NCBI GenBank assembly: GCA_902627635.1
Contig: CACOKA010000003.1
Location: 1 to 54,726, forward strand
Length of the DNA: 54,726 nucleotides
Source of the DNA: an uncultured Candidatus Actinomarina sp.
Lineage (GTDB): Bacteria > Actinomycetota > Acidimicrobiia > Actinomarinales > Actinomarinaceae
Reading direction: 5' to 3'
A program made the translations under genes and the position numbers. This document shows, piece after piece, positions 27,893 through 37,279 of the stretch; position 1 is the first letter of the stretch; every line of letters starts with the position of its first letter. The notes below the pieces were generated by a model. It was not told the origin of the DNA. It saw nothing but the letters and a program-made list of their open reading frames with translations, and did no database searches.

Positions 27893-29419
27893 TTAAGGAT
27901 AGTGGTCTGGTAAATCATTCTCATATAAAACAATATCTTCTGATTTTATAATAGAATTAAGATAGTTTACAGCTTCATCCCTGTTTGAAAAAATTTCGTA
28001 ATCAATATCATTCTCTTGAAATCCCGCTTTTAAAGAATTTTTATTTGTCTTACCAATAATGAGTGCTTTATCAATTATTTGACTTGCCTCTAATGCAAAA
28101 GCATAATTTATTGCATATTGATCACTACCAAGTTCGACCATTCCAGGGGTGACAAGATAACGTATAGATTCTTCATTTCCAAGCTCCTGAAGAGTCTCTA
28201 AACTGTATTGAATTCCCATGGGATTAGAGTTAAAGGAATTATCAATAATAGTGTGTCCTAAGTCACTATTAAAAATATTTTGACGATGTTTTGACTTATC
28301 AAGAGAGTCTGTTTTGTTAAGGTACTTTCTAACATCCAAATCTAATGCAAGCATAACTCCTATAGAAAGAGATATTGAAAGTTGTAGAAGTTTAGGACCA
28401 TTGATAGAACCTAATAAATTATTAGCAACGTAGATATCATGCTTACCGTTTTCATATTCAACACAAACTGTTGCTTCTCTCGTAGTAATAGAACAATCAT
28501 AAACATTTTTTTGATTTGTCCATAGCCTTGCTTCATTTAGGAGCATTTCGTCATCACCATTAATTACTACCGAACCGGCAAGTTCTACAATTTCAGACTT
28601 AGCATCAAGAATATTTTCTAAAGATTTCATTCTCTCTAAATGAACTGGGGCAATTCCAGTTATAACAGCAACATGTGGCCTAACCCATGAACAAATTTCA
28701 CGTATTTCCCCATTTGAATATGTTCCCATTTCGATAATTGCTAATTCGTGATCGTCATTAAATCCTTCATTGATTGATTTTGCTATCCCTAACCGATTAT
28801 TGTAACTTTCTGGAGTAACAAAAACATTATTTGATTCATCCAATATCTTTCCAAGTACATTTTTTGTTGTTGTTTTTGAGTATGAACCTGTTATTCCTAT
28901 TACAGGTATTGTCTTCGAGTTCAACTTTTTTGAGGCCTCATTAACAAACGATCTAGATTTATTTTTTTCATAATTGAACAAAAGCCTAAGTGCTTGATCA
29001 AAAATAAAAAAAGAAAACATATTTGCAGCTAAAGCAAGGAAGTAGCCATACCCTAAGGTGTAGGAAAAAATTGACACTAAAACGACAAGGATGTAATAAC
29101 AATAAGTTACTCGATTAAGACGTTCGGTTTTCTCAACTTTGCTTGTTCTTGACTTTAATGACAATCCAACGGGTGTGTAAATATTGATAACTGAAATAAT
29201 TATTGGAATATAAGGAAAGAAAAGAGAGATGATACAAAGAACTAATGTAATAAATAATATGAACCTATTTAATCCTCTTGATCTGACCCATCTAAAGTAA
29301 AATTTGGTAATGTAACCTGGAATGTAATGTTCTCTTTGAGCAATTCTTTGCCACCTAATTGCATTAAAACATGTTCCAATAGTAATTATCACTAATGTAG
29401 CTAAAGAGATTAAATTCAT
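27893..29419 (-). CDS. murF: MurF-like Mur ligase with N-terminal transmembrane region
   Basis: GITGSYSKTTTK, ESYNN, IEMG, HLE, DNSFNSNP, PGMVELG, ENDLPD; about 150 aa of hydrophobic N-terminal helices. Confidence 0.8.
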   Translation of the reverse strand: MNLISLATLVIITIGTCFNAIRWQRIAQREHYIPGYITKFYFRWVRSRGLNRFILFITLVLCIISLFFPYIPIIISVINIYTPVGLSLKSRTSKVEKTERLNRVTYCYYILVVLVSIFSYTLGYGYFLALAANMFSFFIFDQALRLLFNYEKNKSRSFVNEASKKLNSKTIPVIGITGSYSKTTTKNVLGKILDESNNVFVTPESYNNRLGIAKSINEGFNDDHELAIIEMGTYSNGEIREICSWVRPHVAVITGIAPVHLERMKSLENILDAKSEIVELAGSVVINGDDEMLLNEARLWTNQKNVYDCSITTREATVCVEYENGKHDIYVANNLLGSINGPKLLQLSISLSIGVMLALDLDVRKYLNKTDSLDKSKHRQNIFNSDLGHTIIDNSFNSNPMGIQYSLETLQELGNEESIRYLVTPGMVELGSDQYAINYAFALEASQIIDKALIIGKTNKNSLKAGFQENDIDYEIFSNRDEAVNYLNSIIKSEDIVLYENDLPDHYP

Positions 29420-30123
29420 CTTTTTATTATCTCAATAATTTGATCTTTTGAGGTATTCAAACAAAAATGATTTTCTTTATGCAACACAGTTAATTTAGAA
29501 TCAGGAATCAGACTATCAGCAATTTTTCCATTTTCAAGTGGAGCAATCAAGTCATGCTCTCCATAAACAAGTTGTACATTTGTATTTATCTTTGGAAGAA
29601 TTTCAGACATATTATGATTCACAGCCTTAACTAGTGTATCTCTCAAATCCTTATTGGCGTTTTTATAATCGTCAGAGCCATAATTTTTTTTAATCTTTTC
29701 CATTCTTTGATCACTAATAATATTTAAATTGTTCAAAAATTTAAATAATTTAAACAAAGAAAAAGGGCTTGGTTGAATAGGCGACCTTATAAGTGGTGAT
29801 CCAATTACAACTATTTTTTTATATTTTTTTAACTGAGATAAATGTACAGCAATCGTACCACCAAAAGAGTGACCGACAATTACCTCTACAGAATCTGGAA
29901 TTAACTCTACTAAATATTCTGCATAAAACTCAGGTGATCCGCTTTGCTCAAATGGCACCGATTTTCCAAATCCCGGAATATCAATAGCAATGCAATCAAA
30001 TTCTTTTGAAATATTTTTCCAGTCATTACTTTCTCCGCCCCAACCATGAAGAAAACAAATGCTTGGATTATTTGAATTAACTTGAGCATAAGTTAAATTA
30101 TCAGAAAGAATTTTAGCAATCAT
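29416..30123 (-). CDS. Alpha/beta fold hydrolase
   Basis: LHGWG, DIPGFG, GHSFGG nucleophile elbow, GEHD, terminal His. Confidence 0.9.
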   Translation of the reverse strand: MIAKILSDNLTYAQVNSNNPSICFLHGWGGESNDWKNISKEFDCIAIDIPGFGKSVPFEQSGSPEFYAEYLVELIPDSVEVIVGHSFGGTIAVHLSQLKKYKKIVVIGSPLIRSPIQPSPFSLFKLFKFLNNLNIISDQRMEKIKKNYGSDDYKNANKDLRDTLVKAVNHNMSEILPKINTNVQLVYGEHDLIAPLENGKIADSLIPDSKLTVLHKENHFCLNTSKDQIIEIIKR

Positions 30124-30494
30124 TAGTTAAGATATTCTCCAATAGTATTTATTGTTCTTATTTCAAGACCCATGAGATAAAGTAGAGCAATACCCCAATA
30201 AAGATAATATTTTTCATTCATTTGAAATCTATAAACGTACAAAAATGTAAGTGTAAATAGTACAACTACAGCATAAAACAAATAAAAAGACCCAATATTT
30301 TCATTCAATGTATAAGTATACGAAACAAGTAACGATTGAATTATCAATGAAATTACTGATATAAATATCAAAATATTTCCAATTTTTTTACTTTGATAGT
30401 TTTTCATGAAATTCATTATTAGCATGATAAACCCACTAATACCACAAATTGTAGCACTGACCATTCCTATAAAGTTTAAGGTACTTGTTTCCAT
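30123..30494 (-). CDS. Hypothetical membrane protein (about 4 TM helices)
   Basis: Hydrophobic ORF; 1-nt overlap with the hydrolase; -10 TAAAAT 6 nt before ATG. Confidence 0.75.
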   Translation of the reverse strand: METSTLNFIGMVSATICGISGFIMLIMNFMKNYQSKKIGNILIFISVISLIIQSLLVSYTYTLNENIGSFYLFYAVVVLFTLTFLYVYRFQMNEKYYLYWGIALLYLMGLEIRTINTIGEYLN

Positions 30495-30554
30495 TAAATC
30501 ATTTTAATAGCTATTAAATTGAGTATTTATGGTATTTCAGTTACAGTAAAATCT

Positions 30555-31823
30555 ATGTCTGCGCAAAGTATGAGTTCAATTAAAAAAAATGTTCCTTCAG
30601 CATGGTATCCAACAATGGATTCTTTTATAGCTAAAGGTAAAAATGCAGAAATTTGGGATAAAAATAATAAACGTTACTTAGATTTTGTAGGTGGATATGC
30701 CGTCCTTAATACCGGACATTTAAACCCAAGAGTTGTGAGAAGAGTTAAAAAACAATTGAATGACTACTCACATTCATGCTTTGCATTTGCACCACATGAA
30801 AATGCTGTTGAGCTTTGTGACCAAATAAATAAAAGATATCCAATAAATCAAAAAACGAAAACCTTCCTTGTAAATAGTGGAGCTGAAGCAGTAGAAAATG
30901 CTATAAAAATAGCAAGGTATGCAACCGGCAGAGAAAAAATAATTGCATTCAAAGGGGGGTTTCATGGAAGAACTTACTTGGCTATGGGTTTAACTGGCAA
31001 AGAAAAACCATATAAAGTAGGATTTGGACCTTTTCCAAAATTTATAACCCATATTGATTTTCCTTATGATTACAGAGGTATATCTGATGATAAAGTTATA
31101 AAACAACTTCAAAACTTAATTTCCAAAAAAATTGACCCTAATGATATTGCTGCAATAGTCGTTGAAATTCAATTAGGTGAAGGAGGATACATACCTGCAT
31201 CCAATGGATTTCTTAAAAAACTCAGAGAGATAACCAAAAAACATAACATTTTGTTAATTTTTGATGAAGTTCAAACAGGATTTGGAAGAACTGGTGAAAT
31301 GTTTGGTGCAACAAAAGTAAATGTTGAGCCTGACATGGTTACTTTAGCTAAAGGTATTGGTGGGGGCTTTCCTCTTGCAGCTGTTGTTGGTAAATCTAAA
31401 ATTATGGACTCTGTTCATGATGCAGGAATTGGTAGTACATTTGGCGCTTCACCAATTTCATGCGCTGCTGCTCTTGGAGTACTGGATGTTTTTGATAAAG
31501 ACAATCTCCTACAAAAAGTACACAAGCAAGAATTAATTATGGAGAAATCACTTGAAACCATGAAAGAAAATTTTGAGTTTATTGGAGATGTTAGGGGTTA
31601 TGGAATAATGAAGGGTGTAGAAATTGTCGAAAATAAAGAAAATAAAACAGCATCTAAAGAATTGGCGACGAAAATCATAAGTAATTCAAAAAAGAATGGA
31701 TTGCTTCTTGTGAACTGTGGAAAAGAGGGAAACGTGATAAGGTTTATGGGTCCTTTAACTGCACCATTAAATCAAGTAAGAGAGGCAATGGAAATGTTTA
31801 ATAATGCTTTGGAGAAAATTTAA
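30555..31823 (+). CDS. gabT: Class III aminotransferase, 4-aminobutyrate aminotransferase-like
   Basis: YLDFVGG, NSGAEAVENA, FHGRT, FDEVQTGFGRTG, AKGIGGGFP, GSTFG; start ATG 30555 with TACAGT 7 nt upstream. Substrate is inferred. Confidence 0.8.
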   Translation: MSAQSMSSIKKNVPSAWYPTMDSFIAKGKNAEIWDKNNKRYLDFVGGYAVLNTGHLNPRVVRRVKKQLNDYSHSCFAFAPHENAVELCDQINKRYPINQKTKTFLVNSGAEAVENAIKIARYATGREKIIAFKGGFHGRTYLAMGLTGKEKPYKVGFGPFPKFITHIDFPYDYRGISDDKVIKQLQNLISKKIDPNDIAAIVVEIQLGEGGYIPASNGFLKKLREITKKHNILLIFDEVQTGFGRTGEMFGATKVNVEPDMVTLAKGIGGGFPLAAVVGKSKIMDSVHDAGIGSTFGASPISCAAALGVLDVFDKDNLLQKVHKQELIMEKSLETMKENFEFIGDVRGYGIMKGVEIVENKENKTASKELATKIISNSKKNGLLLVNCGKEGNVIRFMGPLTAPLNQVREAMEMFNNALEKI

Positions 31824-32893
31824 TCTTCTTGATGTGTAAGTTCATGTAACTTTTTTAAAGTATCAGAATCTTTTGCAGCTTTAGCAGGAGCCTTCATTAA
31901 CCAAGCTGATACTAAATCAAGAGATTCTAAATCATCTCTATCTTTAAAAAATTTCATATATCTAACAGCATCAATTACAACACCTGCACTGTTTGGTGAA
32001 TCCCATACTTCTAATTGAACTTCTATATTAAGAGGTACTCCACCAAATGATTCACCCTCTAAGCGAATAAATGCTTTTTTTCTATCTTCAAGCCATTCGA
32101 CATAATCTGATGGACCGATTCTAACATTTTTTGGATCCATTCCTCTACCTTTGTTTGCAACAGATGTAACTGAAGACGTTTTACTTGTTCTTTTTGTTTC
32201 AAGACGATCCTCTTCAAGCATATTAAGAAAATCCATATTTCCACCAACATTCAATTGATAAGATCTTTTTAAATTAACCCCCCTATCAGAAAACAATTGA
32301 GCTAGAACTCTATGAACAATTGTTGCACCAACTTGACTTTTAATGTCGTCTCCAATAAGAGGGACATTATTGTCTTTAAACTTTTTATACCATTCATCAT
32401 CTCGGGCAATAAAAACAGGTATGCAATTTATGAACCCAACATTTGCAGCAATCGAACAATCAGCATAAAATTTAACCGCCTCATCAGATCCAACTGGAAG
32501 TAAATTTATTAATATTTCTGCACCAGATTCTTTTAAATCATTAATGATAGTTTCCGAATCTTCAGTAGGGTCAATAATGTCTTCTACAAATTTACCTATA
32601 CCGTCAAGAACTTTTCCTGGTTTTACTTTTACACCTAAATTAGGTACTTCGGCGAATTTTACAGTATTGTTTGGTTCTTGAAATATTGCTTCCGACAAGT
32701 CTTTTCCCACTTTTGATTTATTAATATCAAATGCACAAACAACTTCAATATCAGAAACACGATAGCCGCCAATTACATCTGAAATTAAACCATTTTCTTC
32801 TTGTTCACTTTTATAATATTCAAGTCCCTGTACAAAAGAGCTAGCACAGTTTCCTACTCCTAAAATTGCAACGTTTATTTTTGAATCGGTCAT
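31820..32893 (-). CDS. ino1: myo-inositol-1-phosphate synthase
   Basis: GVGNCASS, LPVGS, GDDIKSQVGATIVHR, QLNVGGNMDFLNM, VWDSPNSAG. Confidence 0.95.
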   Translation of the reverse strand: MTDSKINVAILGVGNCASSFVQGLEYYKSEQEENGLISDVIGGYRVSDIEVVCAFDINKSKVGKDLSEAIFQEPNNTVKFAEVPNLGVKVKPGKVLDGIGKFVEDIIDPTEDSETIINDLKESGAEILINLLPVGSDEAVKFYADCSIAANVGFINCIPVFIARDDEWYKKFKDNNVPLIGDDIKSQVGATIVHRVLAQLFSDRGVNLKRSYQLNVGGNMDFLNMLEEDRLETKRTSKTSSVTSVANKGRGMDPKNVRIGPSDYVEWLEDRKKAFIRLEGESFGGVPLNIEVQLEVWDSPNSAGVVIDAVRYMKFFKDRDDLESLDLVSAWLMKAPAKAAKDSDTLKKLHELTHQED

Positions 32894-32940
32894 TAGATTA
32901 CTCTAACTGATATGGGATATAACAAAAATAACAACTAGGT

Positions 32941-33057
32941 TTAACCACCAAATATATGGTTGTACCAACTTGCTGAATTATATAAAATTGCAACTAAGAA
33001 ATATAGAACAAAGGAAATAATTCCAATAATTTGTAGTACTTTAAGAAATAATGACAC
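32941..33057 (-). CDS. Small membrane protein, 38 aa (not in ORF track)
   Basis: GTG start: MSLFLKVLQIIGIISFVLYFLVAILYNSASWYNHIFGG*; fills an otherwise empty gap; TAACCT 6 nt before the start. Confidence 0.6.
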   Translation of the reverse strand: MSLFLKVLQIIGIISFVLYFLVAILYNSASWYNHIFGG

Positions 33058-33099
33058 AAATTAAGGTTAATTGAATATTTTCAAAACAATAAAAATATT

Positions 33100-34848
33100 T
33101 TAAGAATAATCGACATTAGATAATTTTTCTAAATTTGACTCAATAATGCTATACGTATCCATCAATTCTTTAATTTGTAATATTACTTTTGAACATAAAC
33201 TAATCATATCTTCAAAGTGAGGTTTGAAATTTTTGTTTGAGTTAGTTAAATCATCATAGTTCATTGTTTCAAGAGTTTTTAATTTATCTAACGATAAAGT
33301 GAGAAATTCCATAAAGCTTTTTTTGCCAAGGTAACTTAATTTATCTTTTCTGAATAACTTAAATTCAATTAATTTTTCTAAATCAGCAATGTAATCGGAC
33401 TCATTAAAATTATCAACTTCATTGAAATCATTCCAAATTATCCAGTGTCTACGAATGTCATCTATTTGTAATTTAAAATCATTTTCATAATCTAAAAGTA
33501 AAGATGTAAATGTATCATCTTGTAAATTATTCAAAATATCACTGATTATTTTCCAGTGATCGGTTTCGGAAATTTCACTGCTTAATTTAACAAGAGTTTT
33601 TTGATTTGGAACTAAAAAGGTATTCAATATATCATCATTTTTTTTAAGATTATCCAAGTTTGCAAGTTCTTGAAGTAACTTTTTTGTTTTGTTGGAGGCC
33701 TTTAATACTTCAGAATTTTCGATTTTTTGAGATTGTATTGATTTTAAGATTCTATGCAGGTTCTTTAAATCTTTAGATTTTAAATCTTCAAAATTTTTTT
33801 GAAACGCTAAATCTAAATCATTTATTTTGTAGAAGATATTTTTTACAGACTTCTGTATGTTGTCGTCAACTTTACTAAGACCTCCCAAATGTCTTAATTT
33901 TGTAAGTTTTGACTCTAAAATACTTGTGTCAATTTTTGTATATTGATCAATCCATATAGAACAACTGTGCTTATACCAACACCAATTACACAAGTGATTA
34001 ATTTTTGGTTGCCAAACATCAACTAATTTCTTATTTGTAAAGTTATTAATATCAGAAACGGTTTTTTTTGACATTTTTTCATAAGAGTTAACATAGTATT
34101 TTTCATTTTTATCAATATCCCTAATCGGTACTTCAAAAATTCTTTTTTCAGGATTTATATTTTTATTTCCAAGAAAGTAAATAAATCCACTTTCAATATT
34201 GTCTTCACCGTAAAGTAAAGCATAAGATTTTATCTGATCTGATTTTTCCTTATCTAATTTTGAGGGAGGTTTACCTGTTTTTATATCTATAATTATATGT
34301 TTGTCATTATATGTTTTTTGCAATCTATCGACATAGCCCCTTAAAACAAAAGTATCTTGACTTGAAGTAAATTCTTTTTTTAAAAATAATTCATTTTCAA
34401 TTTTTAATTCACCGATTGTTGACAAATCTTTAGAAAACTTGAGAAATTCAAAATTACTTTTGTTTTGAATCCAGTCTTCTAACTCAATGTAGTTTTTTAT
34501 CAATTCATTTATCCATTCCTCAAGGTTTTCAAACTCATTGTTGACTTTGCTCATTTGATTTACATATAACGATGTCAAGTATTTCTCTTGTTTGACCCAG
34601 AGCTCTTCGTATGAATCTTGAAGATAATTAAAGGTTTTTTCCCAGTTAAAATATGGATTTTTATTATCAGGATTCTTATAGTAATTTTCTATTACAGAAT
34701 GAACAAACGTACCAACTGCTGCATGAATGCTTGAGGGTTCACTTATACTTTCCAAATAATTAAATGAAAATTTTCTTTCACAATTTGAAAATGATGATAC
34801 TTTTGAATGTGAAAGAGGACTAATTTTTTTGAGATTGCTTTTTTCCAT
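33100..34848 (-). CDS. PD-(D/E)XK nuclease (RecB/AddB/Cas4-like, four-Cys Fe-S staple) with ~280-aa helical C-terminal extension
   Basis: LSHSK..CERK, GTFVHSVIE, LRGYVDRL, IIDIKTG, QIKSY, CNWCWYKHSC. Confidence 0.85.
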   Translation of the reverse strand: MEKSNLKKISPLSHSKVSSFSNCERKFSFNYLESISEPSSIHAAVGTFVHSVIENYYKNPDNKNPYFNWEKTFNYLQDSYEELWVKQEKYLTSLYVNQMSKVNNEFENLEEWINELIKNYIELEDWIQNKSNFEFLKFSKDLSTIGELKIENELFLKKEFTSSQDTFVLRGYVDRLQKTYNDKHIIIDIKTGKPPSKLDKEKSDQIKSYALLYGEDNIESGFIYFLGNKNINPEKRIFEVPIRDIDKNEKYYVNSYEKMSKKTVSDINNFTNKKLVDVWQPKINHLCNWCWYKHSCSIWIDQYTKIDTSILESKLTKLRHLGGLSKVDDNIQKSVKNIFYKINDLDLAFQKNFEDLKSKDLKNLHRILKSIQSQKIENSEVLKASNKTKKLLQELANLDNLKKNDDILNTFLVPNQKTLVKLSSEISETDHWKIISDILNNLQDDTFTSLLLDYENDFKLQIDDIRRHWIIWNDFNEVDNFNESDYIADLEKLIEFKLFRKDKLSYLGKKSFMEFLTLSLDKLKTLETMNYDDLTNSNKNFKPHFEDMISLCSKVILQIKELMDTYSIIESNLEKLSNVDYS

Positions 34849-34883
34849 AAATACTTTATTTTCTAACTATATACTAAATAATA

Positions 34884-36323
34884 ATGAAATTAGATGAATC
34901 ACAGTCTTTCTTTCTCCAGAAGTTCAAAGACCATACTGAAAACTTCGATGTTGATTTTTTGATACTTACTGGTTCAGCCGGAACAGGTAAAACTGAACTT
35001 ATCAAAAAATGTGTAGAATATTTAAAAATTAATAATTTTGGCCATCAATGTCTAGCTTTTACTGGAAGAGCAGCATCTGTGCTTAGATCAAGAGGTTTAG
35101 AAAATGCAAAAACTATAGATTCGTGGTTATATCGTTTAAACAATAAAGACACATACGAAAAAGAATTAAATCCATACGATAATTTTATTTTTTTTATAGA
35201 TGAATCATCAATGATTTCAAATAGTGCAATTATTTTTGATGAAAAAGAACCTGAACTAGATTTCAAACTTGATGAAATAATGTGGTCGACTTTTAGACAT
35301 ATAAATTGTAAAAATATTCTTTTTATATTTGTAGGTGATAAAAATCAACTGCCTCCATTAAAGCACGATTATTGTCCAGCACTAAATGAAGAATACTTAA
35401 CAAATAGATATGGACTGTCAGGTAAAAGTTATTCTCTTAAAACAATGCATAGGCAAACAAGTGAATCTAACATTCCAAAACTTGCTGAAAATTTTATAAG
35501 TTTTGATAACGAGATTATTAGAGCGATTCCTTCGATCGAAAAAATTGAAAAAGATGTTCAAATAATTGAAAATTCAGAAGTAGTAGATATATTTTTCGAT
35601 TTATATTTCGAAAATAAACATGATGTCAAAATTATTACCGCAACCAATAAAAAAGCAGATTATTACAATTTTTTGATTAAAGAAAAATTAAGTACAGGAA
35701 AATCAAAATTTTTTACTCCTTATCAAATACCAAAAGATAATTTAGAACCACAGAAAGGAGATATTCTTCAAATATTTGCAAACTCTTCAGGGATTTTTGA
35801 TTTTCCAATGTTTAATGGTCAATTTCTTGAAGTTTTAGAATTAGGTAGTGTTTCAGAGACAATTTTAAAAAAAGGCAACCGTATCTTTGACAACATTCCT
35901 TTCATTACGCAGCAACTAACAGTTGATACAATATCCGATAGTGGAGAAAGAGCTGGTAATCCTCAGACTATTGAAATATCAATTGACCACTTAATAAACA
36001 GTTATATTTTAACCAAACAAGAATATGAATATTTTGATAAAAAAGATAAAGGCATGCTTTACAAAATTAAAGATTATATCAGTAAGATTGATTCAAAAAG
36101 AGTTTACTTTAATAAACTTTACAATCCAGTTCTAACAAGATATGGGTATGCAATAACTGGACATAAAGCGCAAGGTGGTGGTTGGAAAAATATTATTATT
36201 GATTTTTCAGGTTTTAATGATGATATGGGGCACTTGCCTCCTAGCTGGATATATACAGCTATTACTAGAGCTAAATCAAACCTTTTTGTAGCTAATTATC
36301 CAATTGAGGAAAAAAATGAGTAG
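34884..36323 (+). CDS. SF1B RecD/Dda-like ATP-dependent DNA helicase
   Basis: GSAGTGKT, AFTGRAA, IDESSM, GDKNQLPP, MHRQ, YAITGHKAQG, YTAITRAK. Confidence 0.88.
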   Translation: MKLDESQSFFLQKFKDHTENFDVDFLILTGSAGTGKTELIKKCVEYLKINNFGHQCLAFTGRAASVLRSRGLENAKTIDSWLYRLNNKDTYEKELNPYDNFIFFIDESSMISNSAIIFDEKEPELDFKLDEIMWSTFRHINCKNILFIFVGDKNQLPPLKHDYCPALNEEYLTNRYGLSGKSYSLKTMHRQTSESNIPKLAENFISFDNEIIRAIPSIEKIEKDVQIIENSEVVDIFFDLYFENKHDVKIITATNKKADYYNFLIKEKLSTGKSKFFTPYQIPKDNLEPQKGDILQIFANSSGIFDFPMFNGQFLEVLELGSVSETILKKGNRIFDNIPFITQQLTVDTISDSGERAGNPQTIEISIDHLINSYILTKQEYEYFDKKDKGMLYKIKDYISKIDSKRVYFNKLYNPVLTRYGYAITGHKAQGGGWKNIIIDFSGFNDDMGHLPPSWIYTAITRAKSNLFVANYPIEEKNE

Positions 36324-37062
36324 TAGCAGAGAAGTCTGGGAAAAATATTGGAATAGCAAAGTTACCAATGATGAAAGTAAAATTTTTGGACTAATTGATG
36401 CTTTACTAAGTCCTTTGAATATAGATGAGAGAAAATTCGTACTTACAAAACCGATATCATTATCAAGGTCTATATCAATTGTTTATAGATTGATTCATTA
36501 CAATTTTTTTAATATTGAAGAAGATAATGAAGAAATAGTAAAAGTAATTGAACCATTAGATTTACCTAATATCGATATTAAAAGTTCAAAAACATTTTCA
36601 AATAGTGGAGACTTCTCTCCATACAACACTCATTCAAGAGAATTATTTAAAGATTGGTGCCTTAATCAAATCAGTCAAGTAGATCCAAATTTACCAAATA
36701 GAACCCAAAGATTTGATTTAAATGAAATGAAAATGATAAAAAATTACTGGGACAATGCAGTTGACTATGAGCTTTATGAAAACTACCAATATACACTAAA
36801 AAACTTTGAATCAAGTATAAAAAAACTAGATAGTGAGACAAAACATAAATTAGAGGAAAAAATAATTTCTATATCAAGTAAATTTACAAAGGAAGATACA
36901 AGGTCTTTTACAGCGTTGATTCTATCAAATAATGAATTGAGAGACGAAATATTAGCGATTAGTGATGAGGATATTACAAAATATATAGAAGAAATACTTA
37001 AAAGGCTAAAAGATGATAATATTCAATATCAGCAATTGAAAAGCAAACTGATATTTGATTAA
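36316..37062 (+). CDS. Hypothetical protein (helical, acidic)
   Basis: Long ORF overlapping the helicase stop by 8 nt with SD GAGG; no motif recognised. Confidence 0.75.
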   Translation: MSSSREVWEKYWNSKVTNDESKIFGLIDALLSPLNIDERKFVLTKPISLSRSISIVYRLIHYNFFNIEEDNEEIVKVIEPLDLPNIDIKSSKTFSNSGDFSPYNTHSRELFKDWCLNQISQVDPNLPNRTQRFDLNEMKMIKNYWDNAVDYELYENYQYTLKNFESSIKKLDSETKHKLEEKIISISSKFTKEDTRSFTALILSNNELRDEILAISDEDITKYIEEILKRLKDDNIQYQQLKSKLIFD

Positions 37063-37064
37063 TT

Positions 37065-37271
37065 ATGATACAAAAATGTACGTGTGGATCAGAACAAAAT
37101 CACTCTATCTTTTGTTCAGGTAGTTTTTACAAGGATCCACTACGAGAACCAAAATATAAGCCTAAAAGTTCAGATGAAAAAACTTGTGATCAATGCTTCT
37201 TAATCTTAAACAAATCAGAGTTTATTGTTGGCTCAGAGACTTGTAAGAATTGTCATTCTCAACCAGTTTAA
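37065..37271 (+). CDS. Small Cys-rich putative zinc-binding protein
   Basis: CTC-x5-H-x3-C plus CDQC and CKNC; 2 nt after the preceding stop. Confidence 0.65.
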   Translation: MIQKCTCGSEQNHSIFCSGSFYKDPLREPKYKPKSSDEKTCDQCFLILNKSEFIVGSETCKNCHSQPV

Positions 37272-37279
37272 AGATAAAT

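Noticed and set aside
33100-34848. Cas4 / CRISPR-Cas locus
   Set aside because: The nuclease is Cas4-like, but no cas1/cas2 or repeat-spacer array is visible anywhere in the window.
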